Part shown: positions 33,871 to 50,811 of the stretch, piece by piece
Layout: every line of letters starts with the position of its first letter
Numbering within the stretch: the first letter of the stretch is position 1
Source of the DNA: the human T2T-CHM13v2.0 reference genome, Homo sapiens
Length of the DNA: 64,000 bases
Reading direction: 5' to 3' (one strand)
Assembly (NCBI RefSeq): GCF_009914755.1
Contig: NC_060931.1
The notes under the pieces: generated by a model
What the model was told of the DNA's origin: nothing
What the model saw: only the letters and a program-made list of their open reading frames with translations
Databases searched by the model: none
Translations under genes and position numbers: made by a program

Positions 33871-34647
33871 TGACAAAATAATAATGGTAGCATAAACTTA
33901 CATATAGGTAATGCCTGTTATGCACTAGGTACTTTTACAATGCTATTTTGTATAATCCTCACAAGTCTATCAGGTAGTACACTTATGATATTTACAAATG
34001 AGGAAGCTGGGGCTTGAATATGTTAAGTAACTTGAATAATGTTGCAGTCACTTATAAAGACTGGAATTTGAACCCAGGTCTGTGCGCTTAAATCCAAAGC
34101 CTGAGCTGTTGATTATGCTACAACTACCTCAGTAAGCCAAAGAGAGGACTGAAGACTCTTAGAATAACACCAATCCCTCTGACTTTAGAGGTCTGTACAC
34201 CAGTCAAAGACAGGAAAACCCTACTCATTTCCTTTATTGCTTTGCTTATAACATGCTTCCCTCCCACACATACTTTTCCAAAGAGACACTTTTGCTTAAA
34301 AAAGAAAAAAAACTCCTTTTAAAATGTAAATGAAGATTAATTCTATTAGCTACTTAAGATCATACAAGTTACTAAAATCAACACTTTGTTGTTTTTCTCT
34401 AAGCTTGCTAAAAATCAACCCCTACTAAGAGGCCAGAAGTTTGGATTAGAGAGGGGAAAGTGAGAGACAGTTCAAGTGTTTGGTACACAGGGAGGAGGTG
34501 AGTTATGTTTGAACAGCCAATAGGGATTCAGTGTGTAAGGTGAAAGAAGTGAAGAAGAAGGAAACAGGGAAAAGAACAACCTCACCCACATTACAGTTTA
34601 TAGTTTTGCCTAGGGCTCAAATGGCAAGTGCTTGCTCTTCAACTTAA

Positions 34648-34842
<195 letters not shown>

Positions 34843-35020
34843 TAAGAGATGGGATCTCACTGTTACCCAGGCTGGTCTTGAACTCTTGGGATCAAGCAAT
34901 CCTCCTGCTTCAGTCTCCAAAATGCTGGGATTACAAGCATGAGCCACTGGACCAGGCTGCACTTTATGTTTTTAATACAGAAACAAAGCTTGTATTTCAG
35001 GAATAGCAAGTAGACCATGA

Positions 35021-35475
<455 letters not shown>

Positions 35476-36130
35476 ATTGTTTTATGTACCTTACAGGATA
35501 GTTACCAAATTCAGGAAAATTTACATTGATACAATACTTTTACTCAATTGAAAATCCATATTCCAATTTTCTCAATTGTTCACAATGAGCAGTTCACAAT
35601 TTTCCCAGCCTTTGTTTCTCTCGGCATGACATTTCTGAAGAACACAGGCCAGGTATCTTGTTGAATGTCATTTAGATTGGGTGTCCTCATGACTGGATTC
35701 AGGTTGTTAAAAATTTTCAGCTTAGATATTTCATAAATGATGTTGTGTTCTCAAAGTGTCATGTCTGGAAGCACGTAACATCTATCCTTGCCCCATACAT
35801 CCCCATTTTATAGTTACCATTTCTCCATTTATAATTAATGAATAATCTGGCTGGGCATGGTGGCTCACGCCTGTAATCCCAGCACTTTGAGGCTGCAGTG
35901 GTGGGATCACTTGAGGCCAAGACCAGCCTGGGCAACATAGCAAGACCCACCTCCCGTCTCCACAAAAAAAGGAAAAAAAGAAAAATAAATAAATACATAA
36001 ATAATTCATAGGCAGTGAATTTGAGATCATGTTCATAACTTGTTTCCTAGGAAACTCGCTCCCCTCATCCCAGATTTAGCACCCAGATAAACTTTACCTG
36101 AATCAATTTTTACTACTAACATGACTATAA

Positions 36131-36274
<144 letters not shown>

Positions 36275-36518
36275 TAGCTGGGATTGCAGGCATGTGCCAC
36301 CACGCCCAGCTAATTTTGTATTTTTTTAGTAGAGACAGGTTTCTCCATGTTGGTCAGGCTGGTCTTGAACTCCCAACCTAAGGTGATCCGCCTGCCTCGG
36401 CCTCCCAAAGTACTAGGATTACAGGCATGAGCCCCTGTGCCGGCCGTATTTCTCTATTTTACTAGTTAAATTAACACATGGATTATGATTTTGTTCATTT
36501 ATGGTCCTTATTTATTGA

Positions 36519-36686
<168 letters not shown>

Positions 36687-39600
36687 TGACTAATTTGGTA
36701 TTTTTAGTAGAGACGGGGTTGCGCCATGTTGGCCAGGCTGGCCTGGAACTCCTGACCTTAGGTGATCTGCCCACCTCGGCCTCCCAAAGTGCTGGGATGA
36801 CAGTTGTGAGCCACTGTGCCTGGCCTTATTGTCCTTATTTATTTTGACACTCAAATTATCCCAGACTTGGCCAGTGGAAACCCCTCCAAGCTGGCTTCTA
36901 GATCTTCTGAAATGTCCTCGAAATATTGAAGGGGCCTTTTTTTCCCTGCCCCAGCCCCAGAATCAGTCATTTCTCTAAGAAGCCCTGGTTCACTTTAACG
37001 AATAAAGTGTTTAGAGTCTAAGGTCTGGGTGGTATTGGTATTTTAACTCTAAAAAAGAAAAGATATGCTTTGTAGGATTACTGTCTTCAGATCCATTTGT
37101 GAAAGAGGTACACAAGATTCTACTTGTGATGACAAGATTACAGGAGTTCTGAAAGAAAAGGGCACTTTGGAATGTATAAGCAAGTATCTCAGCTTGGCCA
37201 ACCACTATGACTTCCTCACTCACCCAGACTGTGGAGACTAAAACACTTTAACTGAGTCTTCACAGTCAAGATTTACTTTCTCTGAAGGCGTATCCAACTC
37301 TAAAAGAATGTGAAAATAGTCTTCAAATTCCATAGAAGTTTATTTGTATTTTGTCTGCTTCCAAGCTGCTATGTATGGCGTAAAAGCTTTCCTTTATGCT
37401 ACTAATAGAAACAAGTAAAATACCAAGAGCAAGGGCATCATGGACTAAAGAAGATAAAGAATACAGAATCCAAAAAGTCTGTTTCTAGTCTAGGCCCAAT
37501 ACATTAAAACTGCACTTAGGCTAACCTTATCCAAACACAATGGCCAAACAAGTAATCAGTGTGAAATGCAAAATTTACCTGGCTAAGTTATATTAAGTGA
37601 TCTGTGAAACAAAGACATAATGGAATCTTCTTTTCTAACATAAATTTTTAAATGCTTTAAGGTCTTTATCCCCAAAAGCTTTCTACTGACAAAAAGCAAC
37701 TAAAGAACAAAAAATAGAAAGTACAAATCTACCATTCGAAAAGATGGGGGGCGGGGGGAAACAAGAACAAAGGTAAAAACCGTTCTGCATACATATTTTT
37801 AAAATAAAAGTCACTTGGATTGTTTCTTTTTTTAATTAATTAATTTTTTTAGAGATGGTGTCTCACTCTGCTGCCCAGGCTGGAATACAATGGCACAATC
37901 ACAGCTCACTGGAGCCACTAACTCCTAGGCTCATGTAACCCTTCTACCTTAGTCTTCCAAGTAGCTGGGATTACAGGTAGGTAGAAGCCACTGCACCCAG
38001 CTCCAGAATTGTTTCTTTTTAAAGTACAGACTCTGCACTAAATTGTAAATCTTCTTTCCATAGTATCATGCACACTGTACAGAGGCTTTTGGGACATAGG
38101 TTTTTAAAATCACCAAGGGGAGTCAGCGAATATAAATGACAATTACGTACTTAAGTAACAGAAACTTAATTATATATATATATATTTACTATTTATTATA
38201 CACATTAAATAACCTGGGTTTCTGAAGTATACACATTGAATAAAGGAATATAATGGAAAAATATTGACCCAGGAGTTAGGAGACCTGAGTTCTCATACAC
38301 AAACAGATTGTGCAACCTTGGGTAAATCAGTTAACATTTATGGACTTTCATATTGTCATCTGCAAAATGAGGCTATTCGAGCTGATAATTTTATAATTTT
38401 TTTACTATTTCATCTGTTATAAATACTTATCATTTCACTACGTATCATCAAGAAACAGACTTTAAGCTAAATAGAAATGAAGGATCTTAATAATAAATGG
38501 CCTTTAGCTCCCTGCAAGATTATTCTATCAGAAGAATAACTTGCATTTTAAAAAAGCTAACACTTACTGGAGATCTAACGTGTGTGTCGGGCACTATGCT
38601 AAGCTCTTTACATATGTCAACTCATTGAATCCTCATCACATATCTCTGATAGGTATTACTGTCCCTCAGTGTGGACAAGACTTGGAGTTGTTAGTCCGCC
38701 CAGGGTCACAAAGGTGGTAAATGACAAAGCTAGGACTCAAACCAGGAGTGACTCCAAAGTCACCTTACTAACCACCTGGAAATTTCACCTCCTAATAAAT
38801 AAATCATGAGCCGAATACATACTTATTTAATCTCTGGCAGGTGCTAATTTTTTTCCCCTTTTTAGTAGAGACAAAATAGCTACAACTGGCAGCCAACCAA
38901 GAAACAACCAAATTAATCATGTAATCATGCAGGTGGTTCCGGATAATTTTTGTATTTTTTGTAGACATGGGGTTTCACCATGTTGCCCAGGCTGGTCTCA
39001 AACTCCCAAGCTCAGGTGATCCATTCATCGTGGCCTCCCAAAGTGCTGAGATTATAGGCATGAGCCACTGCATCTGGTATCCATGTCTTAAGGAGAAGTG
39101 TGTTTTTGGTAAGCAATATTTCCTTTTATTTCCTTATAATAAAACAAAAGGAAACAGCAAAAGTCACAAAACCTAGAAGATTGGCAAGGGTCTTAAGGGG
39201 TAACACTGTCTTATTATTCATTCCCCTGCCTCCAGGGGAGAACTCATTACAATTACCCCAGGGTAGGAACTGGGGAGCAAGAGAGGGGGCTCCCAGAAAA
39301 CAGGTCTTCTGACAGCATCAGTGTCGGTTCCCAGTCTCCCTCATTATTTCACATTGACTGCATAACTCTGAGTACCAACATAAATTTTCGGAGACCAAGG
39401 CCTAACGACAAAGATTCTTTCTTGCTTCATGTTGGGCCATTTCAACTGGCTTGTCTGCTCAATTGTAGAACACCTGTGACTTACGTGACAATCTTCTTGC
39501 TGGTTATATGGCACTTTAAGAAGCCGGGTGAATATGATCACCTACATACAAACCCATGCACTGGAAAACAGCTACTATGGCTCACTTTCATCCCCCCAAG

Positions 39601-40095
39601 AGCCCAACGTGGGCTTTTTCCTATATGCTCTCAATACACTTCCCCAAGACACAAGCTGTCTCTCAAATAAGCTCTCGGGCAGAAAATCTCTCTCTCAGAT
39701 GACTTTCAAGCCTAGAAATCACCATTTCTGACAAGCTATGAACAGTGAGGGTATTATGCCACAGAACAAACCAAGATCCACAAATGCACAAAAAACAAAA
39801 CATCCAAAGAGACAGTCACTTGGATAGGCATGAATTTCATAAACAAAACTACCTATTTCAATTCTCTTGACTCCTCCTACAGAGTAAACAAATTTCTCTA
39901 AAACACAATGTCTTTTGACCAAAGAGAGTATGGGTTTCATATATTGTCTGACCCTCAAACCCAATTTCAGTCTCAAATCTGAGCTGATGTTCTCAAAAAG
40001 TTGACAGAAATTACAAAGCTGAGCCTATAAGCATTTTGGATCTACTCTGTGTCTCACTCAGGCAGAGAAGAAAAAAAAGAGTATCAGAACATTAC

Positions 40096-40258
40096 CCTTC
40101 TTTGATCCGACCCTGGAAGACGCACTGAAGATTTCTTCACTGTGGTAACCTCGTGGGTCTTCTCGTTGGTTTTCTTTCCTTCAAACTTGGAGAATGTGAG
40201 GGATTGGGCCCCTTGGCTGCTCTGACTGCTGGCAAAGGCCTCTTCCTCCCACTGGAGT
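40096..40258 (-). pseudogene. RABGEF1: RABGEF1 second coding exon
   Basis: TTGCAG| LQWEEEAFASSQSSQGAQSLTFSKFEGKKTNEKTHEVTTVKK, then a 1-nt deletion in the FFSASSRVGSKK segment; donor AGG|GTAATG. One Glu codon is also lost. Confidence 0.96.
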
Positions 40259-40823
40259 CTGCAATTCAAGAGAGGATTAGAATGATCTAGATATTCTCCA
40301 AGATTTCTCTGTATCTGAAGGTTATTACTCCATTTATTCAGGAGGATCTAAAGATTTTAGAACTAGAGACTAAATATGCAAAATCAGTCTGAGGTCTCAC
40401 ATAGCTACAGGATGGACTGCTCTTCATGCACTACAGATTTCAAATGGGATCTTCTCATGCTCATTCAGCAACTGCTCTAGGGTTACATGAAAGAAACCAA
40501 GTCTAGTCCTTTTCCCCAACAAGCTCAGTGAAATAAAGAAAGTCTAGTCCTTTTCCCTAACAAGCTCAAGGTTGGAACAAACAAAAAGGTAAGTAAACAA
40601 CTGCTATATAATGGGACAGCTGCTACATCAGAGAGTAAAAATTGAGTGCTGTGAGAACACAGAAAAGAACAACGCAATCTGCTGGAGGAGTCTGATGAGG
40701 CTTTACAACGGTGCTGTTTGGGGTGAGTCTTAAAGGACAAACAGGATCCTTTTTTTGTTTCTGTTTTTTTTTTTTTTTTTTTTTGAGACAGTGTGTCACT
40801 CCATCACCCAGCCTGGAGTGTAA

Positions 40824-40943
<120 letters not shown>

Positions 40944-41678
40944 TAGGATTCTACGTGAAAGGACATTCCAGGAAGAAGGAACTACGAATGTGCAAGCCTG
41001 TGGTTTGCTTCACAACAAGCTGAATGTAGCCAGAGCACTGGCGTGTGATGAACTGTGATGCTGGCTACACAGGAAGGCACCAGAGGGTAGGGAATCTTGA
41101 TTGCTAAGCCCATTGCTAAGCCTATTCTGGATTTCATCATGCGGTGGGGAAGCAAGAAAGACTGTAAATCCAAAAAGTTATTGTTGTCAGATCTGTGCTT
41201 TAGAAAGATCATGCAGGTAGCTGTAAGAACAACTTGAAGGATAGAGAAACCAGAGACATGGACAGGAATTAAGAGTATATTATAAAGGTTTAAGTAAAAG
41301 AAAATAAATACCTGGAAAAGAGGAGTAGAAAAGGTAAAATTCAAAAGACTTTTCTAAGTTGGAACAAACAGAACTTGGTCAAATTGTAGGTGCCAAGGGA
41401 GGTTAAAGAGAAATCAAGAGTGAAACCAAGGTTTTTTAGCTAACTTGGTAAAGAATGACGCCATTAACTGACTCACGAGAAGGGTTAGGAGGAAAATGTT
41501 CAGAATGGGGAGAATAATAAATAAAAGCAATAAATTTGGCTTCGGATTAGCTGCATGTGAACCATCTGTAATAAATAACAAACACAGGCCGGGTGCGGGG
41601 GCTCACGCCCTTAATCCCAACACGCTGGGAGGCCAAGGCGGCTGAATCACTTGAGCTCAGGAGTTTGAGACCAGCCTA

Positions 41679-41900
<222 letters not shown>

Positions 41901-41909
41901 CTATAAGAC

Positions 41910-42068
41910 AGTGGTTCTCCAAGTGTGATTCCCCAGACAGCAGCAGCAGCATCACCAGGCAACTTGTTAGAAATGCAGATTCTCTAGTCTTACTCCCAAA
42001 TTACTAAAATCAGAGACTCTAAGGGTAAGGTCCAGCAATCACTGCTTTTACAAGCTTTCCAAGAGATT
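41910..42068. mobile_element. MER5A-like DNA transposon fragment
   Basis: CAGTGGTTCTC...CAGCAGCATCACCAGGCAACTTGTTAGAAATGCAGATTCTC...AATCAGAGACTCT. Confidence 0.8.
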
Positions 42069-42606
42069 TAGCAGGGTCACAATTAAAAGCAGTAAGAAAT
42101 AGAAACAAAAATCACAGGTGGAGGTGCTAAGTCTGAGGATGGAATCAGGACACCTCTTTCTCTGGAACAGACAAGAAGTTAATATAAAGGTATTAGTACA
42201 TTTTTATGTGGCAAGGGGAGGAAGCTGAGGCAGTTGGTGCCTAGTGCCCTCTACTGTTTTTGAAACAGGATCTGCTACTGACAGCATCAGGCATGCAGTG
42301 GAAACCCTGAGGAGATCATTCATGTTCTGGGCTAAAATTTTCTCTTTGATTGACCACAGTCACTGAAAGCAATGTGTAATTTCTAATTCTCTGAGTTCAC
42401 CACAGATGCCAGCAAAATAGTCACTCAACAAATATTGGCTGACTGGATGAAAAAAACAAAAAAACTACCAAGAAGATTTGGCAGAATTCCATTTGACTTT
42501 CTTCTGTTGAAGCAGTTTTAGAATTTCCAAAATGCTCTGGCAAAGAATTAACATTATTCATGGCATTTTATTAGTTCCTATGCTCACTAGCCATCCCATC
42601 ATTTAA

Positions 42607-42738
<132 letters not shown>

Positions 42739-42781
42739 TGAGATAACAAGTGCGCACCACCACGCCTGGCTAACTTTTTAA

Positions 42782-42916
<135 letters not shown>

Positions 42917-43463
42917 TAATTTTTAACATCACTGTATTTCCAGATAATATAAACTGCCTTTGACTAATCTAATTTTTAAGGAAAAGTTAAATTTCTATAA
43001 TGCAAGGACTATGTATACAAGTCAACAGATTTCTACTACTGTGTTTTATCACTGAGCTACATGCCACGCTGAATATATTAAAAGAACAAGGGAAATAATG
43101 CTTGATGAGTGCCATTTGCAAGCCCTGCACTGGGTACATCATATTTATTAGCTCATTTAATCTTCACCGGGAAATATGCCTATCTCCATTCTTCCACTCC
43201 AAGGAGCTTATTGTCTAAATTTGAGAACTAACACAACCCAAAGAATATAATCAGAAGTTAAGACATACACAAAATGAAGAAACTATTGAAAGCTGTTCAT
43301 TAAAGGTTGACTGAGAAGAAGAGGAGAAAACATCCTTTTCCTTAATTTTAAACTGACTTGCTGATAGGTCAAAGCAGAAATTTAAAAAAATGTATCTGGA
43401 CGGTGACAGAAGTATGTATCCAGTCACGTCACTGTTCAACTACCCCTAGTTAAGTCCTTTTAC

Positions 43464-43659
43464 CGCTCCGCCAGCTCCCAGTCCTCCTGAATCTCCTTCT
43501 GCCTGGCTTTGTGGTACTCTTCCCTCCAGCACTTGGAGCAGAAACCCTGCCAGGCAGGGTTGCCGTAGTAACCACATCCTTCCTTGCACAGGAGGTCTGA
43601 CTGATGCACATGAATTCCTCAGTGTTCAGACTTAAGGCTCATCTTCTTCCTGCTAACCA
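43464..43659 (-). pseudogene. RABGEF1: RABGEF1 first coding exon (A20-type zinc finger plus start of MIU)
   Basis: ATG at 43642 reads [59 protein letters not shown] (parent MSLKSERRGIHVDQSDLLCKKGCGYYG...). TGA at 43619-43621. Donor CG|GTAAAA at 43464/43463. 179 coding nt. Confidence 0.97.
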
Positions 43660-43929
43660 ATGAACAAATAACAAAGTTCTGTTGAAAAGGAATTATCATT
43701 CTACCAACTAAAATCTTACCAATTATGAACAAAAAGTGAGTGATTCCATTATCTTCAAGCTGTAAGAGAGGGAAGAAGGGAATGAAAGAGGGAGGGAATG
43801 AGGGAGGGAAAGAGGGGAGGAAGGAAGAAGGAAAAAAGAAAAGTTAACTATGGTAAATTCCTGAAACAGTCATATTAAAGACTTATTCCCTGCCGAAAAT
43901 ACACAGAACCCATTAAGAAAGGGCTAACA

Positions 43930-44410
43930 TTGGATTAAATACCTAAACGTAAAGGCTGGAAACTACAAAACTTAGGGGAAAAGCTTCCCAACACTGGATT
44001 TTGCAATGACTTCTAGGATATGACACCAAAAGCACAGGCAACAAAAGTGAAATCAGACAAATACATTAATTACATCAAGATTTAAAACGTCTGCACAACA
44101 CAGGAACCAACTGACAGAGTAAAAAGGAACAACACACAGAATGAGAGAACATATCTGCAAACCACATATCTAATAAAGGGTTAATATCCAGAATATAAAG
44201 GAACTCCTACAAGTCAATAACAAAAAAATAATAATAATAATCCGGTTAACAAATGGGAAAGGACTTCAATAGACAATTCTCCAAAGATATACCAACAGCC
44301 GACAAACATGTGAAAAAATGCTCAACATCACTAATCATCACAGAAATGCAAATCAAAACCACAATGAGATATCACTTCATACCCATTAGGACGGCTACTG
44401 TAAATAAAAA
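43930..44410 (+). mobile_element. L1M ORF2 3' fragment
   Basis: GGATATGACACCAAAAGCACAGGCAACAAAAG, AAAATGCTCAACATCACTAATCATC...AATGCAAATCAAAACCACAATGAGAT. Confidence 0.85.
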
Positions 44411-46219
44411 AAAACAAACCCAGTATGGGCACAGTGGCTCATGCCACTTTGGGAGGCCAAGGTGGGAGGATCACTTGAGGTTAGGAGTTCAGGACCAGCC
44501 TGGGCAACACAGCAAGACCCCATCTCTACAAAAAAATACAAAAACTAGCGAGGTGTGATGGTGTATGCCTGTAGTCCCAGCTACTCGGGAGGCTGAGACA
44601 GGAGGATCGCCTCTCTAGGAGGTGCAGGCTGCAGTGAGCTATGATCACACCACTGCACTCCAGCCTGGGTGACAGAGCGAGGCCTTGTCCAGAAAGAAGA
44701 GAAGAGAAAAAAATTGAAATAATACCATAATTTCCAAAGTCAATTTTCTTTTCTACTGTATAATATTTAAAGTCATTTGTTCATAGTCTCACAGCTGCAT
44801 GGTAAATCGCTACGCAACAATTTCCTTTCAAACTGAAACCACATGGTCCTCATTCTTCTCCACAATAACAAACTGCCAAACAAGCACAGTAAAAAAGCAG
44901 CACTCTACAGCATTCATTCAAGGGACTCACATGTGCAGATAAAATTAGGCCCTATATCTTGGAGGTCTCATTAATTTAACTCAAACATTTACTAAGTGCC
45001 AACTGTGTGCAGAGAACTGAGCTAGATGGCACTGGTGATGCAACTGATAGAACACGTCTTTGCCCTCATGAAGCTCATAACCAAAAGTACACGCAGACTG
45101 AAAAACACGGAAAAAGAGAAAGTGTTAGGAAACTGTTGGGGAGTAACGCACATACAAATTCTGACCTAGGGAGTACAGAGAGACCACTTGGGGATGCTGG
45201 TGATAGACCTTAAAGAGCCTTGTGTTGAAAGGGTCTTGGAAAGATGACAGAAAGAGGAAGGATATTCTGGACAGGAAGAATGCCTTTCACAAAAAGCTCA
45301 GAAGCAGGAAGGCAAATGTAAAATATGAATGATGTAGTATAGACAGAAGATAAACTAAAGAAGTTAGGTGGGAAGTCAAATCATGATGGATTTTTAAAAC
45401 TCGAAGCTACTGAGTCCAGATGGAAAGTCACCAGCTATCAAACCTGACAGTATGCAATGTGCACTACTTTTGAGGATTCTGAAAAGCAAAATGGAGAAGT
45501 GGGGAAGACCAGAATTGAAAGTATCACCCAGCCGTCTAACAGATTACCACTTTCTCCCATCCAATACCACCAGCCAACCTGGAAATGGGCCCCACAGCAC
45601 AGAGAAAGCTCCTCTAGTTCGGGCTCCAGGCATGTGAAAAGAAACTCTTAACAGCCAGAGAGAATATGGGGATCCCCCACTTACCATCTCCCCCTTCTCT
45701 TGAGCCACAGTGCCCAGCAGTCGTGTGCTTTGTCTGCAGCTATGGCTGAAATGAGAGTGCCGGAGCCAAACTCTGAGTCAGGAGAACTATGGATTTTTCC
45801 CAATCTCTATCCTTGGTCTCAAATGTGCAGGCAGTGGTGGAAGGACATGGCAGAGTGGAGTAACTAAATCCACAGTTTTCTGGACAAAAGAAAGAAAATA
45901 TGAGCCCTTTGGGAACAAAAAGTGTGGGAAAAATTGCTGAGGAGAACTCAAGAAAGCAATTTCTAGGCTTACCCCTAGGCTGCATATGCATGGATCTGAT
46001 GCTATTCAGTACCAAAGGTTTCCAAATTGGAACTAACGGAGAGACCACTATGCAGGTCTCATCAGATCAGCACATACACAAAACAGATGGAAACAGCACT
46101 ACAAAACTCCCAACAATGGACTGACATTAAAGCCACAGCCCACAGAACCTGTATACCAAACTTGGCAACACAACAAAACACTTTTGCTCTGGGAATAACT
46201 GTTTAGAAAATGAAAAGAC

Positions 46220-46529
<310 letters not shown>

Positions 46530-46696
46530 CTACAGAATGAGAGAAAATAATGGCAAATCACCTATTTGGCAAAGAACTTACGTACCCAGAATGTATAAAG
46601 AACTCTCAAAACTCAGCTGTCAGAAAACAAACCACCCAATTTAAAAATGAGCAAAAAATCTCAACAGACACTTTACCAAAGAAGTTATACACACCG

Positions 46697-47133
46697 GTGT
46701 CCCACATTTCCATGAGAGTCCTTTGCTACATACTGTCCAGTCAAAGATGTTTGTATATTGAACATCCTTACAAGAGAAAGATGATAGCTCCTTCCACAGC
46801 AGAAGACAATTTATTAACTGTCCAGTACAGTAAATATAATGTCTCCCTTCATATCAAAGGTTTGAAACATTTGTTTGCCACCCCTTATGAGAGCTGAGTT
46901 CCCTGAGCTTGGATTTCCTACTTGTGTCATTGCCCACAGGGAACTTACAGGGCAAAGGTAGTCCACGTGGACATGAGGCTGGTTCTGCTGATGTCCTGTG
47001 ACCTGTGTCCTCCCCTTTTGCCTCCAACCCAGGAGTTTCATGTCTTGGGCCAATATCCATGAAACCATGGAGACTAACTTGCTACGTTTAAGTAGGGAGA
47101 ACTCAAAATTCAGGTCCCTTGCAGTTACTGACA
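46697..47133 (+). mobile_element. ERVL solo LTR (LTR47-like) inserted in L1
   Basis: TG...CA bounded, interrupts the L1 motif GAAGTTATACAC|...|TGGCAAATAAGCATATGAA, and ends CAGGTCCCTTGCAGTTACTGACA. Confidence 0.6.
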
Positions 47134-47868
47134 TGGTGGCAAATAAGCATATGAATAGTTGTTCAACATTGTTCAATCATTAAAGAAATGCAAATTAAAA
47201 CCACCATGAAATATCACTCAAATCTATTAGACTGGCTAAAATAGAAAATACTGACACAGACTGGGAAACATGGCAAAACCCTGTTTCTACCAAAAAAAAA
47301 TACAAAAAAATTAGGGAGGGATGGTGGTGCATGGTTGTGGTCCCAGCTACTCAGTAGGCTGACGTGGGAGCATCACTTGAGCCTGGGAGGTGGAAGCTGC
47401 AGCAAGCCAAGATCACACCACTGCCCTCCAGTATGGGTGACAGAGTGAGACCCCACCTCAGAAAAAAAATAAATACTGACAATACTAAGTGGTAGCAGGG
47501 ATGCAGAGCAACTAAAACCCTCATACCTTCCTAGTGGAATGCAAAATAGTACAGACACTAGAGAAAACAGGTTTCATAAAACTGTATACATACGATGACC
47601 ATCCAACCATGCAATCCCTCTCCTGGGTATTTCCTCTAGAGAAATAAAAACTGCTATTTACTCAAAATTCTGTACATAAATAGTTATAGTAGCAATATTT
47701 GTGATGACAAAAAAATGACAACTAAAATATCCTTCAATGGGTGAATGAATAAACAAACTATGGTGCATCCATACAACAGAATGCTACTCAGGAGAACAAG
47801 AACAACAGGTATCAGTACACCCAACAACTTCGATGAATCTCACAGGCTTTATGCTGATAGATGCCAGC

Positions 47869-48207
47869 ATCTTAGTTCCTTCTGGCTGCAGTAACAAAAT
47901 ACCATAAACTGGGTAGGTGATAAAAAAAACAGAAATTTATTTCTCACAGTTCAGGAAGCTGGCAAGTTCAAGATCAAGAAGTCAACAGATGTTGGTGTCT
48001 GGTGGTTCATTGAAGGTACCTTCTCCCTGTGTCCTCACATGGCTAGGCTCTCTGCGGTCTCTTCTAAGTGCACTAATCCCAATCATGAGGGCTCCACTTT
48101 CATGAACTAATCACCTCCCACAGGCTCCACCTCCTAGTAGCATCAACTTTTGGATTAGAATTTCAACATATGAATTTGGAGGACACACAAAGATTCAGAC
48201 CATAGCA
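47869..48207 (-). mobile_element. MLT1A-like MaLR LTR
   Basis: TAACAAAATACCATAAACTGGGT, CAGAAATTTATTTCTCACAGTTC, GCACTAATCCCAATCATGAGGGCTCCAC, TTTCAACATATGAATTTGG...CAGACCATAGCA. Confidence 0.85.
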
Positions 48208-48405
48208 GCCAATCTTAAAAGTTTACATACTGTACGATTCCATTTAGGAACTAGGGGTAGGAAAGGATGTGACTATAAAGGATTAGCACAAGAAAGTTTT
48301 TTGGGGTGATGAAACTGTTCTGTATTCTGATTGTGGAAGTGTTTACATAAATCTAATAAAATTTAAAAATTCGCAGAACATTATGCTCCTCCCAAATCAA
48401 TTTTA

Positions 48406-48819
<414 letters not shown>

Positions 48820-49378
48820 CTACAATTAGAGGACTTGAGGTAACACAGTGGGTAGCCAGGTGTGGTGGCGCTTGCCTGTAATCCCAGGTACTCAGGAGGC
48901 TGAGGCACGAGAATCGCTTGGACCTGGGAGGCAGAGGCAGAGGCAGAGGCTGCAGTAAGCCAAGGTCGCACCACTGCACTCCAGCCTGGGCAACAGAGTG
49001 AAACCCTGTCTCAAAAATAAATAAATAAGTAAGAGGTAACACACTGGGAAGGGAAAGACGACGGGTGGTGGTAATCTACCTTAGAGGACAGATCTGTAAG
49101 AGTTATTTAATGAGACTTGGCAGGGAGAGGGAAATCTAATTAGAAAGAACTCTCAAGTTTACTGTTTACTTCCTCTACAAGGTTAAAGCTTCCCAAGGTC
49201 AGGATTTAGATCTAAGACACCAGCCATTTATAAATAGTAGATGAGGCTTAGGTAGAAAGAAAGAAAATAAGAAATAGAAAAAAAAAAGAAAGAAAAATAG
49301 TCCTAAAATGTTAAGCTGCAGAAACTTTAAAGACCATCTACTATGTCCTATTGTAAGAGATGAAGATACTAATATTAA

Positions 49379-49561
<183 letters not shown>

Positions 49562-50811
49562 TAATTGTTGTATTTTTTTGTAGAGGCGGTGTTTTGCCAT
49601 GTTATCCAGGCTGGTCTTGAACTCCTAGGCTCAAGTAAGCCTACACTTAGTATACCAAGTCCTGGGTTTCAAATTATTTTGAAAGTCTGAGCTAATCTTC
49701 TCGCCATGATCATCCTGATGACCCTTTTCTTCCCTTCCAAGAGAAATGGGCAAAAGGAAATACCTATTTTTTCCACAGATCAATTAAGTTTTTTAAAATT
49801 TTGTACTGTAAGTATGACAGTACTAGTTGATGTTACTAAAATGAACATAGTTTGGGGAGTCTGCCTAGCACATGTGCAAATACCTCCTGTGTATCAGGAA
49901 ACCGTCCTCTGAATCCACAAAGATAAGCTAGCAGAAGCTATGTTTGTATAAGGTGAATGGTCCCCCAATTCAGGGTCACAGCTGATTGCCCCAAACTGTG
50001 TTAGAGTCTTTTGCTTGAGTTTTGGAAATGGGACTAAGTCGGGGCTGTTCTCTTAAATGATGGAGCTGTGTGACATGACCATCTTCCATCAATTGGTCCG
50101 AGTATCAGGACAGTCTACAGAGTGAAATAGACATACGCCAAGAAGCAGAGAAAAGTAGAAGGTCCTGTACGTCCCGAGTGATTTCAATCTCCCAGTTCCA
50201 ATCGCTGGCTAAGGTTTAGCTGCACGCCCACCCTCAGATTCTGAGTCATACCCCCTGGTCCCGTAACTGCTTTTTTCTTTTTTTATCAAGCTAGTTCCAG
50301 TACAGCCTATTATCTATGCCAAAAGACTTGTACAGATGCTCTTTAAGAGCTAGAAAAAAAATAAAGGAGTACTCTGTGGATTACTTGGCACACATTAAAA
50401 GCTCAGTATGTATTAGACAGAAACAATAGCAATAGCTCTGAGTCTAAGACTGATTTGGTGTAGACCATGAAATCACAGAGATCAGTCAAATCTGCACTCA
50501 AACCCCAGCTCTGCCACATACTAGAAATGTGACTTTAGGCAACTATGTAATATTTCTGAAACTCCCTTTCCTATCTCCCTCTCCAGCCTCTCTGCTCCTA
50601 TCATTCTCTATCTTTTCACCAAACTAAGCCTCATAGGACCTGTGCACCCATGACCTTCACTCTCTGGTGCTACAACTGTGATTATGTCACCTTACACTGC
50701 AAAAAAGACTTGGCAGATATAATTAAGTTGACTAATAATGGAAATAAGGAGATTATCCTAGATTATCTAGATGGGCCCAAGAAAAGCACATGAACCCTAA
50801 AACGCAGAAGA

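Noticed and set aside
40499-40568. Short local tandem duplications (also 1772-1812, 8796-8825, 20282-20331, 54543-54593)
   Set aside because: Ordinary two-copy slippage products with no evident function.
44253-44558. ORFs resembling L1 ORF2 C-terminus (also 51514-51726 and 46550-46897)
   Set aside because: Short decayed fragments of old truncated L1s; not retrotransposition-competent.
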